Below are positions 1 to 13,110 of a stretch of 64,000 nucleotides of DNA, piece after piece; the stretch's first letter is position 1, and the number at the start of each line of letters is the position of its first letter. A model generated the notes under the pieces. That model had not been told where the DNA came from. It was given only the letters and a program-made list of their open reading frames with translations, and searched no databases. Location of the stretch: assembly GCA_951406725.2 (NCBI GenBank), contig OX597832.1, forward strand, positions 20,460,001 to 20,524,000. The letters run 5' to 3'. This DNA is from Octopus vulgaris. Taxonomy: Eukaryota. A program made the translations under genes and the position numbers.

Positions 1-850
1 TGGTAAGAACATTGACAAAATGCCTATAAGATTAGAAAGGGACACGCTGTCGGAACAGCAAATATGTGTGCCTATATTCGTCGTCCTGCCACTCTGCGCT
101 CCAGGTGCACAACCCACAGAAAATAAACATACCTTTTTTTGTTATTTAGGGTTCAATAAATAAAAGACTTGTCCTTATTTAGGGCTCAATAAATAAGATA
201 CTTGTGTCAATAAATCTGTCACTGTCTCTGTTCAAGGTATAATTGGCTGTTGTCAGACCTAGTAACGTATGGGCACTGCAGATATTAAAAGTACTCAAGA
301 CGGGTGCCTCTACGACACCGATAAGTAGCTGAGCTTTCATGGACTGTGAAGGCGGACCCTCGTACCAAAAACGCATCACAAATCACACTCGACAATATTA
401 CACAACTTACGAAATACATAACCAAGAGATTCATCACCACTCGTTTGTTATTAAACGCATAAGAAATTTCACATATTATTATAATATATCACACAGGTCA
501 CATAAGATATACACATGCCAACCGATAAAACACACACAAGCAAACATCAGTATCTTTCACAACATGCCTAGTGATATCAACGATCATGAGCCGATATACC
601 AAAATCTGAATATTCGTGTTTCTTCTTGTGAAATAGATAACAATGATTTTCCCATGGCCTTTTAATGGTTTATCTGCTGTTTACTTTACCAGTCTTAAAT
701 TCCCTGGGCTTACTCATGTGACGATAGAACGATAAGTCTTATCGAAGCCTTACGCAGCAAAACTAGTTTACGAGAAACTTGGATGTACACACATAGTGTT
801 AGTTCTTCGTTACACATGTCGAGAGGCCGCTCATTCTCTGAGTATTGTCC

Positions 851-1103
851 ATCTTAGCCATACAAACATCTTCTGCTCTTTCAAATAGAATGGATCCCTC
901 AGAGAGGTACTAGTGCATGGAGTCAACCCAACGAACTTGAAAACAGTGATAATACTTAACTCATACGAATCTACAAATCATACAAATCTTAGCCATGTAA
1001 ACACCTTCTGCTCTTTCAAATAGAATGGATCTCTTAGGGTTGTACTAGTACGTGGAGTCAACCCAACGAACTTGGAAATAGTGGTAACACTTCACTCATG
1101 CAA
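851..1103. repeat. Diverged tandem duplication, period 135 bp (~1.9 copies)
   Basis: atcttagcca...cttctgctctttcaaatagaatggatc...tggagtcaacccaacgaacttg occurs at 851 and again at 986; no protein family recognised in translation. Confidence 0.8.
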
Positions 1104-1383
1104 AAGTTCAACTCCGAAGCTGGAGCTTCGTCATCGAATTCAATCACGTTTTATCCGGTACGAATATAATACATACGAAAAACAAATATTAGCCAATATG
1201 TCAAAGACATCTTACATTGCAAGGCTTTATTGTAACGTTTCAACACTTTCTTCCTATGGGAGCTAAGAAGTATCAGAAAATTTAGAACAAAGCGGGACTG
1301 ATGAAGCAAAACAAAACCACAATGCTTCACACACAACACGAACACAGATTGGTAACTGATGGGGGATGGAACTGAAACTAGTA

Positions 1384-1391
1384 ACAATAAC

Positions 1392-1467
<76 letters not shown>

Positions 1468-1551
1468 GTAACGGCATTTATGGTGAAGGTTGGCTGTCGA
1501 TGACGATGATGAAGACAAGAATTATTATTATTATTATTATTATCATCATCA

Positions 1552-1622
<71 letters not shown>

Positions 1623-2698
1623 TTGGTAATGTTGATGATGATGATGTCGAAAATGACGATATTGATGATGATAATGATATTGATAGTGATGATGATGAGG
1701 TTGATAATAACGATGTCGATGATGATGACGACGACGATGATGGTGATGTTGAAGATGGTGAAGGTGACGATGGCAATGTCGATGATGATGAAGATGATAA
1801 TGATAAAGATCATGATCTTGATGATGATGATGACGACGATAACAATAATGATGATAAATGATGATGAAGATGATGATGATGATGTAAACAATGACGATGA
1901 TGATGGTGATGACGATGACATGATGATGATTACGATGACGATGACGATAGTGATGAGGATGATGGCGATGATGATGATGATGATGACGACGACGACGACA
2001 ACGACGACGAAGTGGAGGAACAGTGAGGGGTGAGAAGGAGTTGATGCAGGTGATGGTGAAGGAGATGATGGGAATAGTGAGTGAAGTGATTTCGACAAAG
2101 TGGAGGGGTGGAGGAGGTCCTTGATGATGACGATGATGGTATCTAGATGATGTAGATGACGATTTATTCCATTTTCCTTTTGAGACGTGGTCACTACGTA
2201 TGCAGCACAATTTATTCGGGAAGAAAATATTTTTATACAAATGCATGGAGATATTAAATTTAATAATAATGTTAATAATAATCATAATAATAATAATAAT
2301 AATATTTGTAATAATAATAATAATAATTGTAATAATAATAATAATAATAATAACAATAATAATACCAATAATAATAATGATGATGATGATAATGATGAAG
2401 ATGATTATAATAATTATAATAATAATAAATTATTATTATTATTATTATGATAATAATAATAATAAAGATAAAATTAATAATAATAATAACATAATAATAA
2501 CATAATAATAATGATAATATTAATAATAATTATTATTATTATTTTTATTATCATAACGACAAGAATGACAATGACGAAGATCATGTTATGATGATGATGA
2601 TCATGACGATCATGATGATGGTGATGATGATGATGTTAATAATAATAATATCAAGTACACCCTCAAAAATAACATACAAAATTGCATTATTATTATTA

Positions 2699-2745
<47 letters not shown>

Positions 2746-2771
2746 GTTGTTGTTATTATTATTATTATTGC

Positions 2772-2847
<76 letters not shown>

Positions 2848-2900
2848 ATTATCGTTATTATCATTATTATTATTGCTGTTGTTGCTGATGTTATTATTAG
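1384..2900. repeat. Compound trinucleotide microsatellite field (AAT/ATT/GAT/GAC)n
   Basis: Direct reading; source of the poly-N/I/L/M/D ORFs in the track. Confidence 0.95.
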
Positions 2901-3982
2901 AATGAAGCGATGGGGAGCGGCTAAAATGACGTGAAAAAAAAAATTGATGCGGTTGAAAAAAAAATATGAGAGAAAGACAAAATAACAGAAAGATTAGCAA
3001 AGTCTAAAACGAAGATACCACAAGAGTGTCACCAATTTCAGGACCTTTCCAAAACCGGATATTGGTTTTGAGCGTTCGAGTCGCTGCTGTTTCCTCTTGT
3101 CTGTTGATAAGCGCATGTTCTTAAGAGCGTCCATTAAGCTCCATTCAGTACAAAGTAGAGCGAGCTTAGAAAAATCTGCATTAACGCAAGGAGAAAGCTG
3201 GTGGAAGATGGAAGTACAAAAATATTGAAGACAATAGCATATCTGATTTTAATGCAAGCTATTACTCTTCCATATTAAAACGAAGTATGCAGGAACGAAA
3301 TATGCCGAAACAGTAACACACACACACACAGGCATAAGATACACATATTGCATATGCGCACAAATAAATATATGTGTATTCATACGCACATGCGTGGGTA
3401 TACAACAATCCTATATCTATATATGTATACATAAATATATGTATATATTCTTATATACTTATATGTATGTATGTATATGTGTGTGACTATATGTATATAT
3501 ATATATATATATGTATGTATATGTATATGTATATGAAATATAATATATGCACACATATATACACACATATATACACACATATGGTTAGAAAACGCTGATG
3601 AATCATTCGGTAGTTCAACTTTCCACTTAGAAACTACAGGTTTCCAATGTATGCGCACACACAAACACATACATACTCATATATATTTACGCATACAGTT
3701 TATGTGTATTTGTGTGTATGAGCGAGTACCTATATATATGATATATATATATATATATGTGTGTGTATATGCATATATGCATAACATTTATGATTTGTAC
3801 TTTTACACTTATATCGAAATTATAACGAAAATATTTCCTTTGTGCAAAGCGATTAACAAGAGGACTCTGTAAAATCGAAGATATCTTATTTAGTAGCATA
3901 ACACAATGATATATATAACTTCATCTAACACCAAAAGATTCTTGAATATAATGTGAAGTTACACAATATATTTTGTAAGGTG

Positions 3983-4057
3983 TCCAGACACGATCGTGTT
4001 TCCAGCAGTCAGTAGATTGAAAGAAGTCTACATAAACATGAACCCTTCATCAGCGGA
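3983..4057 (-). ncRNA. Degenerate type I hammerhead-like motif
   Basis: Minus strand reads tccg CTGATGA ... GAAA CACGATCGTG TC tgga: canonical core boxes, palindromic helix III, 4-bp helix I; base of helix II pairs poorly. Confidence 0.4.
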
Positions 4058-4387
4058 ATTTCATAGAGGAACTGATGAGTCTTGTAGCTGCAATATACAA
4101 CATATAGTAAAAAAAAAGAAACGACCGTTTATGGTAATAAATGAATGATGCAAAGACCCTGAATTATGAGGCTGTTCTAATGTCCGTAAGTGCCATTGAA
4201 AATGGCTTTTAAACCAAGTTGTAGTGGAGGATCATAATTGTGCGAATAATTGTACGAATATTTTCACTTCAGTTTGTTTTCTGCATTAAAGTGTATGCTT
4301 AGGTGATTTGAAAAGGCTTGTAATGTTATGTAGACATTAATTTGCAAGTAATGCTGATATTTGATATTACGTTTCGTCCGAGGGGTG

Positions 4388-4590
4388 GGGCTGGCTGGCA
4401 GAGTCGTTAGCACGACGGGCAAAGTACTTAGCGGTCTTTCGTTCGTATTCGCGTTCTAAGTTCAAATGCCACGAAGGTCGACTCTGTCTTTCATCATTTA
4501 GTTGGTCGATAAATTAAGTACCAGTTGAGCACTGTGGTCAAGGTAATCGACTTAACCCCTCCAACAGAATTCATGGTTTGTGCCAAAATT
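4388..4590 (+). mobile_element. SINE family B, diverged copy
   Basis: ctggcagagtcgttagcac...gttcaaat...gtcgataaattaagtaccag matches the copies at 5041, 38459 and 61128. Confidence 0.8.
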
Positions 4591-4756
4591 ACAAACAAAT
4601 ATTTCGACTCGAACATCCATAATATTTTATACCGCTCTATGTTATTCGATAGACCTTGAAGAAATATTTCGTTGAGAGATATAGTCGTAAGCCACACACG
4701 TTGTATATCTAGCGTTCTTTTCTTGTCTATATTAGGTTCTAGTCCAGAATTGGGTA

Positions 4757-4813
4757 ACGGTTAGAGCGTCGAGGTTACAACCGTGAGGTTGTGAGTTCGA
4801 ATCCCGGACCGGG
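4757..4813 (+). mobile_element. tRNA-like head fragment of SINE family D
   Basis: ggttagagcgtcgag...gtgagttcgaatcccggaccgggc closely matches 12831-12886. Confidence 0.75.
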
Positions 4814-4970
4814 CTTCTTTCAGTTTCCGTCTACCAAATCTACTCACAAGCCTTTGGTCGGCCCGAGGCTACAGTAGAAGACACTTGCCCAAGGTGCCAC
4901 GCAGTGGGACTGACCCCGGAACCATGTGGTTGGTAAGCAAGCTACTTTCCACACAGCCACTCCTGCGCCT
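4810..4970 (-). mobile_element. SINE family A, 5' half
   Basis: Reverse complement of ggcgcaggagtggctgtg...gcaccttgggcaagtgtcttct...ggaaactgaaagaagcccg. Confidence 0.9.
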
Positions 4971-5040
4971 ATTAAGAAGTCATTTTAAAATAAATCCTTT
5001 GCATCGTCAAGGAGGAAGACGGTACATACACACACATTTA

Positions 5041-5273
5041 GGCGGCGAGCTGGCAGAAACGTTAGCACGCCGGGCGAAATGCTTAGCGGTATTTCGTCTG
5101 CGTTACGTTGTGAGTTCAAATTCCGCCGAGGTTGACTTTGCCTTTCATCCGTTCGGGGTCGATAAATTAAGTACCAGTTACGCACTGGGGTCGATGTAAT
5201 TGACTTAATACCTATGTCTGTCCTTGTTTGTCCCCTCTATGTTTAGCCCCTTGTGGGTAATAAAGAAATAGGT
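5041..5273 (+). mobile_element. SINE family B (tRNA-like head, Meta/MESC-like central domain)
   Basis: A-box-like TGGCAGAAACGTTAG, B-box GAGTTCAAAT, then gactttgcctttcatccgttcggggtcgataaattaagtaccag; domain naming is from recall. Confidence 0.9.
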
Positions 5274-5612
5274 GCATACACACACACACACTCACACACA
5301 TATATATATATATACACACACCCTAGATTACGTAATATAAGGTGATTTTAGTTACCAAGTGTTACCGCTTGTGTACTTAGACACACACACATACACACGG
5401 ATATATCATTAGTCATTGTCATATATATGAGTAGAATATGCATAAGTATATAAAGTGATAACCATTCGACTGACGATGATGGAAATGTATGTTTAATAGA
5501 CTTGTTGTCTGTGTATCTTCTGTGTCTAGGTGACTCATTGCCTGACTCGTCCTTCAGTTTCATAAAGTTGAACTGCGTTCATTGTTTATAGTGTTTGCAC
5601 ATACTCATAAGT

Positions 5613-6001
5613 GGAGGCGCAATGGCCCAGTGGTTAGGGCAGCGGACTCGCGGTCATAGGATCGCGGTTTCGATTCCCAGACCGGGCGTTGTGAGTGTTT
5701 ATTGAGCGAAAACACCTAAAAAGCTCCACGAGACTCCGGCAGGGGGATGGTGATGATCCCTGCTGTACTCTTTCACCACAACTTTCTCTCACTCTTACTT
5801 CCTGTTTCTGTTGTATCTGTATTTCAAAGGGCCGGCCTTGTCACTCTCTGTGTCACGCTGAATATTCCCCGAGAACTACGTTAAGGGTACACGTGTCTGT
5901 GGAGTGCTCAGCCACTTACACGTTAATTTCACGAGCAGGCTGTCCCATTGATTCGGATCAACCGGAACCCTCATCGTCGTAACCGACGGAGTGCTTCCAT
6001 C
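5613..6001 (+). mobile_element. SINE family C, full length with 15-bp target-site duplication
   Basis: tRNA-like head (A box TGGCCCAGTGG, B box GTTTCGATTCC); cacatactcataagt at 5598-5612 and 6002-6016. Confidence 0.9.
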
Positions 6002-6082
6002 CACATACTCATAAGTAGGTTTCACATCGTTCGTAGAATTACTATAACACTTAACTGATTCTAGATAGAGGAGTTTCTGTGG

Positions 6083-6618
6083 TACAGGGTGGGGCAGAGA
6101 AAATCCACGTTTTTTGAAATAGCTATTACTCAGCTCCAGAGAAGGGACGTATGTCCGACAGGTACCATTCGGCATTTTCTTTTTCTGTTTAGGTGAAGCC
6201 ATGGCCCTGTGGACGATAGAGAGTCGCGTGATTACCTACGACAGTTACGTGAAGAATGACGAGTCTGTTCAGCGTGAGTTTTGGCGCCACTTTAACATTC
6301 ACCGAAATTAGGTTGTTCCCACACGTTACACAGTCTTGCGTTGGTTGAATGCACTTTGTACACGGGGTACAATAATGAACAGGAGATCGGTGGGAACGCC
6401 ACGAAAGGTAAGCACCCTGGAAAATGTGAAACCCGTGTGAAAACTTTTGATACGGAGTCCGAATTGCTCTGCTCGGAGGCATTCTACTGAACGTGACATT
6501 AGTAATCAATCAGTAAGGCGTATTTTGCATGAATGCCTGCATTTCCACCCGTACAAATTGGACGTTGGGCAACAGTTGAAACGATGTGACTATGCACAGC
6601 AGCTTAACTTTGCACGTA
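6083..6618 (+). pseudogene. Tc1/mariner-type DNA transposon 5' end with decayed transposase N-terminus
   Basis: TA+CAGGGTG terminus at 6083; one frame from ATG 6201 reads MALWTIESRVITYDSYVKNDESVQREFWRHFNIHRN*VVPTRYTVLRWL...GTPRKVSTLENV...SVRRILHECLHFHPYKLDVGQQL with two stops (HTH region and HPYK motif). Confidence 0.8.
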
Positions 6619-6628
6619 TATAGATATG

Positions 6629-6716
<88 letters not shown>

Positions 6717-6739
6717 TATGTGAATATACATATAAATGC

Positions 6740-6860
6740 GCTGCTGTGTGGTAAGAAGCTTGCTTTTTAACCACATGGTTATAGGTCTTCTACTATAACC
6801 TCAGGCCGACCAAAGCCTAGTGAGTGGATTTGATAGACGGAAACTGAAAGAAGCCCGTCG

Positions 6861-6893
<33 letters not shown>

Positions 6894-7112
6894 ATGTGTG
6901 TGTGTGTGTGTGTCTTTGTATCTGTGTTTTTCCCCACTACCACCACATTGCTTGGCAATCGATGGGGGGGGGTTTATGTCCCCGTAACTTAGCGGTTCGG
7001 GAGAATAATCCAACAGAGTTAGTGCTAGGCTTACAAAGAATAAATGCAGGGATTGATTTCTTCAATTAAGAAAAAAACACTTTAAGGCGGTGCTGCAGAA
7101 TGGCAGCAGTCA
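6740..7112 (+). mobile_element. SINE family A, diverged, with internal deletion
   Basis: ctgtgtggtaag...ggaaactgaaagaagcccgtcg-(TA)n(TG)n-...gtccccgtaacttagcggttcgg. Confidence 0.85.
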
Positions 7113-7397
7113 TTTGCGGAACACGACTGTCACCACTGATGATTGAATACACATGAAAGTACTAGTTTTATCACACCAAATACATAATAATATATTATTA
7201 TGATATAGTAAAATTGCAAATTTGTAAATAACACGTGAAAAATCAGACCAGGCTGCAATTTCAATAATGCGTTTGTGTGTGTGTGTGTGTGCGCGAGAGA
7301 GAGAGTGTATGTGTGCATGTGTGAATATATATTTTTATACGTAAAGTGTATATGCATATATATATATAACTCCTGGTGAGCTCGCATTAATTTTATA

Positions 7398-7560
7398 GGC
7401 GCAGGAGTGGCTGTGTGGTAAGTAGCTTGCTAACCAACCACATGGTTCCGGGTCAGTCCCACTACATGGCATCTTGGGGTAGTGTCTTCTGCTATAGCCC
7501 CGGGCCGACCAATGCCTTGTGAGTGGATTTGGTAGACGGAAACTGAAAGAAGCCTGTCGT

Positions 7561-7592
<32 letters not shown>

Positions 7593-7822
7593 ATGTAGGT
7601 GTCTGTGTTTGTGTGTCTGTGTGTGTCTGTGTCCCCCTAGCATTGCTTCACAACCGATGCTGGTGTGTTTACGTCCCCGTCACTTAGCGGTTCGGCAAAA
7701 GATACCGATAGAATAAGTACTGGGCTTACAAAGAGTAAGTCCCGGGGTCGATTTGCTCGACTAAAGGCGATGCTCCAGCATGGCCGCAGTCAAATGATTG
7801 AAACAAGTAAAAGTGTAAAGAG
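7398..7822 (+). mobile_element. SINE family A, full length, with internal (TA)n/(TG)n
   Basis: tRNA-like head, body, internal microsatellite and 3' tail ...ccagcatggccgcagtcaaatgattgaaacaagtaaaag; about 10 related copies in the window. Confidence 0.92.
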
Positions 7823-8579
7823 TAACACGTTTTGTTGGGTAATTAAAAGATTAACATTATTCGGCATTTACAATGACGATGGAATGGTGCTAATATAGGA
7901 ATCAACTGAATTTCATTACATCTTCGCCAAACACATTCAATCAAAAAGTAAATTCAAAGTAAGGTTTACCATTTAAATTATTCTGGCTTTTAATCAATCG
8001 ATGAATACTTTTAATCACGAAAGTTGTAATGTTTGTGGTGCCTATATATTTGTATCGTAGCGAGCATTTGAAACAGCAAGGCAGTCGGACAGAATAACAA
8101 ACAAAATTGCATGGAGAGACATCAGCGAGAGAAGTGAAAAGGAGAGTGGGGCTAGGGGTGGTAAAGTAAGATACAGAGAGGAGAAAAAGAGCGGTAGGTG
8201 AGGGGAGAGGCATAAAGAAAGCTATAGAAGCGATGGTGGTGGTGATGGTGGTGGTGGGGAATCTAATCACATTCAGAGTTGGGAAGCAAGGAGAGAATGC
8301 TACCCCACAGAGAGTTTAGTTTAAAAAATATGGGAAATGCAATTTGATGAAAAAAAAAATGTCAGAAATTGATGCACACAAACACACACGCACAAACAAT
8401 TCACATATATGTATATAGCACTACATATATTTATATAAGCATATACACACATACACATATGCCTATATATACGTATAGATACGTATATATATATATACTA
8501 GCACTTATATATACACATACATATATATAAATATATATATATGTATGTATATATGCATGTAGTTGGATAGGTAGGTAGG

Positions 8580-8613
<34 letters not shown>

Positions 8614-9412
8614 TGTATGTATGTATGTAGGTAGGTAGGTAGGTAGGTAGGTAGGTAGGTAGGTAGGTAGGTAGGTAGGCAGGCAAGTAGGTAGGTAGGT
8701 AGGTAGGTGGGTTGGTGGGTAGATATAAATATATATACTCATACAGAAATATACAAATTTCATATATTCATTTTTAATGTAAACATAGTTTTATATACTT
8801 ATCAAAATGTGCTTCTATATTTACAGAAAATATGCATATACGTAAATGTTTGTGTGTGTGTATGGGTATGGGTATGTGTGCATATATGTGTGTGTGTGTG
8901 TATATATATATATAAATATGCACCGAGAAATTTGTAGAAGAATTATTTAGAAAGACGTTACAAAATGAGAGGAGAACGTATATTTCGGGAGGGGGCTCCT
9001 TCGCTGCTCTGATAGACACCTAGTCGGAGATAGTGGAAAGGGGATTGTATAAATAATAAAGAAAATGCCTGCCGTATACATCAGAAAGACCTGAAACGTT
9101 TGATCTACTGGTTACCTGCGTCTTTAATTGGCGGGAAACTCTAGCTTCCCTGAAGCAGCGGTTTTTCCTCCTCCACAGCAGGAAAACACCAGGAAATTGT
9201 ACCGTGGATACCAGCTCACATCTTCCTTAATATTTTTTGTTATTATTTATAATATGTTTTGTTATTTGTTATTATTTGCTTTTAACTATTATCTTTTATG
9301 AGGGGGGGGGAGCTATTGTTTGCTTCCAATATTTTTTGCGAATGTAAAAGTATAAAAACAAATATAGTTATGATGAGATTTTTTTCTTATTCTCTCTCAA
9401 AACATCTAAACA

Positions 9413-9444
<32 letters not shown>

Positions 9445-9624
9445 TTTCAATACACACGCACATATTTTCATATACATAGATTATATGTGACTCTATGTGT
9501 GTGTATGCGTGTGTGTCTGCCTAAATACTTATATACGTATATATGTATGCATGTATTTATTTATAAATATGAACATACGCTAGTATGCGTGCGATTTTGA
9601 GTGTAACATATATATATATTTATA

Positions 9625-9732
<108 letters not shown>

Positions 9733-9747
9733 ATACATATATATATA

Positions 9748-9781
<34 letters not shown>

Positions 9782-10554
9782 CAGTTTAGACTTAAATCAC
9801 CTCCCCTACAACACGTTTCTTTATTCATCGTTCATTTGTTTGTTGCTAACTTTTACTCAAGTATTCAGAAGAGAACAAGAAGCCAAGCAAAATGGGGGAA
9901 AAAAACAATACCCAGACACACAGATACAAGAACACACACACTCACACACTTTATATTCACTCACAAATAACATATTTTAAAGAGAAAAACTAAGGGAACT
10001 CCATATATGCTTACGTACATGAATAAGCATAAATACATGTGTGTGCCTTCGTGTGTGTGTGTGCATGTAGGAATGTGTCTAAGTACATAAGCATACAAAC
10101 ATAGATATGCATACATATGTATATATATATATATAAATATATGTAAGTATAAGTGTGTATGTATGTGTTTTGTGGTATATATTTAATAGTTCTGAAATTC
10201 AGATGAATGCACAAAAAATACTCCCATATATAAAAAGAAAACTATGTTGTTTACAACATGTATACTTAGTATTTTTTTTTTAAATAATTTTTTTTTTCTG
10301 GCATGTTTCCTAGTCATCTGAAAACGTGGGAGTAAGAAGGCGAGCGAGGTATCTTATTTTGAGTTTCAGCGACAGAGAGAATCAAAGCTAGTTTTAGATA
10401 CCAGGAAGAAAAGGAGAGAGACAATAAGAAAATGCATATATATATAAATAGGTATGTTTGTTTTTGTGTGTGTATATCTGAATTCGTATATATATATATA
10501 TATGTATATAAATATATGTATGTATATATATGTATATAAATATATGTATGTATA

Positions 10555-10600
<46 letters not shown>

Positions 10601-10759
10601 TATGTATATATATATATAAATATATGTATATATATATATATAAATATATGTATATATATATGTATATATATATATATATGAATATATGTATATATATGTA
10701 TATATATGAATATATATATATATAAATATATGTATATATATATATATGTATTTATATAT

Positions 10760-10805
<46 letters not shown>

Positions 10806-11351
10806 GTGTGTGTGTCTGTATATATCTATCTACATATATGTGTGTGTGTGTGTGTGTGTGCGTGTGTGTGCGTGTGCGTGTGTGTATTAAAATCCTGAGA
10901 GCGATATTTAAGAAAAATGAAATACTGGAATCAGTTTCTAAGAGAGAGAAATATAAAATATTCTTGTATTTGTGACAGATATGAAAACAAAATTATAAAC
11001 AGATTTTTCACAATGACTTTATCTGTGTACACGATAATATATGCTGGAGAGGAAAAAAATACACTTTCGCTTTGAATTTTAACATCCTTTTGTGCGTATA
11101 TTTATATAAGTAAATATACATATGCATGCATGTGTGTGTGTATATGTGCGTCTGTGTGTGTGTGTACGTGTGTAGATATAAATATTTGCTAACATATAAA
11201 TATATAATCAAGATGACGGAATTCTTCCCACAGGCCATTCCTGGTGTGCACCAAGCGGTCACCTTTTCAGGACAGATGTTGGTGAAGAGAAAACAATTAA
11301 CTCTCCGGACATCATGGAGACGATGGCTGTCTCGATGGATATTGACATATT

Positions 11352-11706
11352 TACATCCGCCTTAGCGAAGGCGGAGGAATTGTTTTTCAGTCGTGTTTGT
11401 TTGTTAAAATGTTTGTCCATAGACAAGATATCTCAAGAACCGCTGGATGGATTCGGTTGAAATTTCGGACACGACCTGATTAGATTTTGGGATCGATCCG
11501 GTGCCGGAGAAAAATTCTGTAATATATTTCCTGTTCTGATTTTATTTAACCTTTGAGAGCGATCGAGTTAATTTTTGTATTCTCGTCTGTGTGAGACGTC
11601 GAGTTTATTTCAGATATTCTCATTGTAAAAACAATCTCTGATTAATCGTTGAGAGGACGTTGGCGTTGCCTTGGCGGAGGTTTGCTCTCTCTGAGCGGTC
11701 TTGTTA
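11352..11706 (+). mobile_element. Helentron-associated / DINE-1-like non-autonomous element
   Basis: 5' tccgccttagcgaaggcggagg hairpin, (GTTT)n, gatatctcaagaaccgctggatggatt..gaaattt core, 3' subterminal inverted repeat ccttggcggagg followed by stem-loop gctctctctgagc. Confidence 0.7.
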
Positions 11707-11735
11707 GATATAGCACCCTGTTAGCATACACGTTC

Positions 11736-11781
<46 letters not shown>

Positions 11782-11787
11782 ATATTC

Positions 11788-11939
11788 AGGCATAGAATGG
11801 ATAGGGTTTTGCACTCATCATCGTAAGATTGAGGTTTCGAATCACACACCGGCGATGCGCTCTGTTGTCGAGCAAAACACTTCATTTGATAATACACCAA
11901 TCCACTCAGCTTTAAATGGAAACTGAAAGAAGCCCGTCG

Positions 11940-12016
<77 letters not shown>

Positions 12017-12220
12017 CTGTGTTTGTGTGTCTGTGTTTATCCCCCCCAGCTTCGCTTGACAACCGATGCTGGTGTGTTTACGTCTCCGTAATTTAGCGGT
12101 TCGGCAAAAAAAGACCGATAGAATAAATACTGATCTTACAAAGAATAAGTCCTGGGGTCGATTTGCTCGACTAAAGGCGGTGCTCCAGTATGTCCGCAGT
12201 CAAATGACTGAAACAAGTGA
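11788..12220 (+). mobile_element. Chimera: decayed CORE-type SINE 5' part (11788-11917) joined to SINE family A 3' part
   Basis: ggtttcgaatc B box and gagcaaaacacttcattt...cactcagct, then ggaaactgaaagaagcccgtcg...gactgaaacaagt. Confidence 0.7.
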
Positions 12221-12414
12221 AACATATATATATATATATATATACACATATATATACCCCAGCAACGGCGCAGTCAAACGACTAAAGCTAGTAAAAGAAT
12301 TAAAGAATATATGTAAACATATGTATGTGTTCCTGTGTGTCTGTGTGTCTGTGCGTTCACGCGCGCGCGGGGGTATGCATGTCATTATTCAGTTTTATTT
12401 TAAGATTTTTTTGA

Positions 12415-12756
12415 AAATAGAGAAAGAGCCGGTTTCTAACCTAGATCCAAAGCGCCTTCATTGGAATTTTACAACATGAAACAGGATACTTTCGCAAGTA
12501 TGTTTGTGAATATGGGCAGTAATTACAGTCAGTGCATGTGCAGATTTGAATGTTTTGTTTTATGTCTATATTCTCATGCATGTAGTTGCATGTCTTGACA
12601 TAAGCATATATACTTAAAAGGTAAACTTCTGGACAGTTTTATTGATTGTAACAGTCCTAGTGATGGCTTCAATCTGTTGTCTTCGTATCAGCTTTCTTCC
12701 TTCTGTTTTCGAGAAGCCTAATTTCTCAGGATGGATACTTAGACAGTGTGTTACAC
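12415..12756 (-). mobile_element. 3' end of an RLE-type (R4/Dong-like) non-LTR retrotransposon
   Basis: Minus frame CVTHCLSIHPEKLGFSKTEGRKLIRRQQIEAITRTVTINKTVQKF* resembles the C-terminus at 47590-47940; shared terminal gagccgg.ttc.aac..agat.caa motif. Confidence 0.55.
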
Positions 12757-12812
12757 ATGCTTGTGCCTCATATGTGCATGTATGTATGTTTGTATGTATG
12801 TATTATAAATGT

Positions 12813-13110
12813 GAAGGCGCATGGCTCAGTGGTTAGAGCGTCGAGCTTACCATCGTGAGTTTGTGAGCTCGAATCCCGGACCGGGCTGCGTGTTGTGTTC
12901 TTGAGCAAGGCACTTTATTTCACGTTGCTCCAGTTCACTCAGCTGTAGAAATGAGTTGCGACGTCACTGGTGCCAAGCTGTATCGACCTTTGTCTTTCCC
13001 TTGGATAACACTGGTGGCGTGGAGAGGGGAGGCCTTCCATAAAAACAACCTTGCCCAGACTTGTGTCTAGGAGGGTAACTTTCTAGGTGCAATCCCATGG
13101 TCATCCATTT
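12813..13110 (+). mobile_element. SINE family D (CORE-type) with 12-bp target-site duplication
   Basis: A box TGGCTCAGTGG; CORE-like ttgtgttcttgagcaaggcactttatttcac...cactcagctgtagaaatgagt; tattataaatgt at 12801-12812 and 13111-13122. Confidence 0.85.

Noticed and set aside
179-665. ORFs at the window start, possible LTR-element remnant
   Set aside because: No recognisable gag/pol motif; element boundaries lie outside the window
1263-2285. 340-aa His/Asn/Ile-rich ORF
   Set aside because: Pure microsatellite translation
5613-5690. Possible tRNA gene (also 12815-12886, 56805-56885 and family A heads)
   Set aside because: A and B boxes are present but acceptor stems are incomplete; most continue into SINE bodies, two with TSDs
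7129-7170. CTGATGA...GAAA hammerhead-like boxes (also ~3596, ~4073, ~5470, ~13897)
   Set aside because: Helix I and/or helix II cannot form
10290-10355. Plus-strand mini-exon-like signals (tttcctAG...GTAAGA)
   Set aside because: Isolated and opposite to the other candidates; shows that such signals can arise by chance
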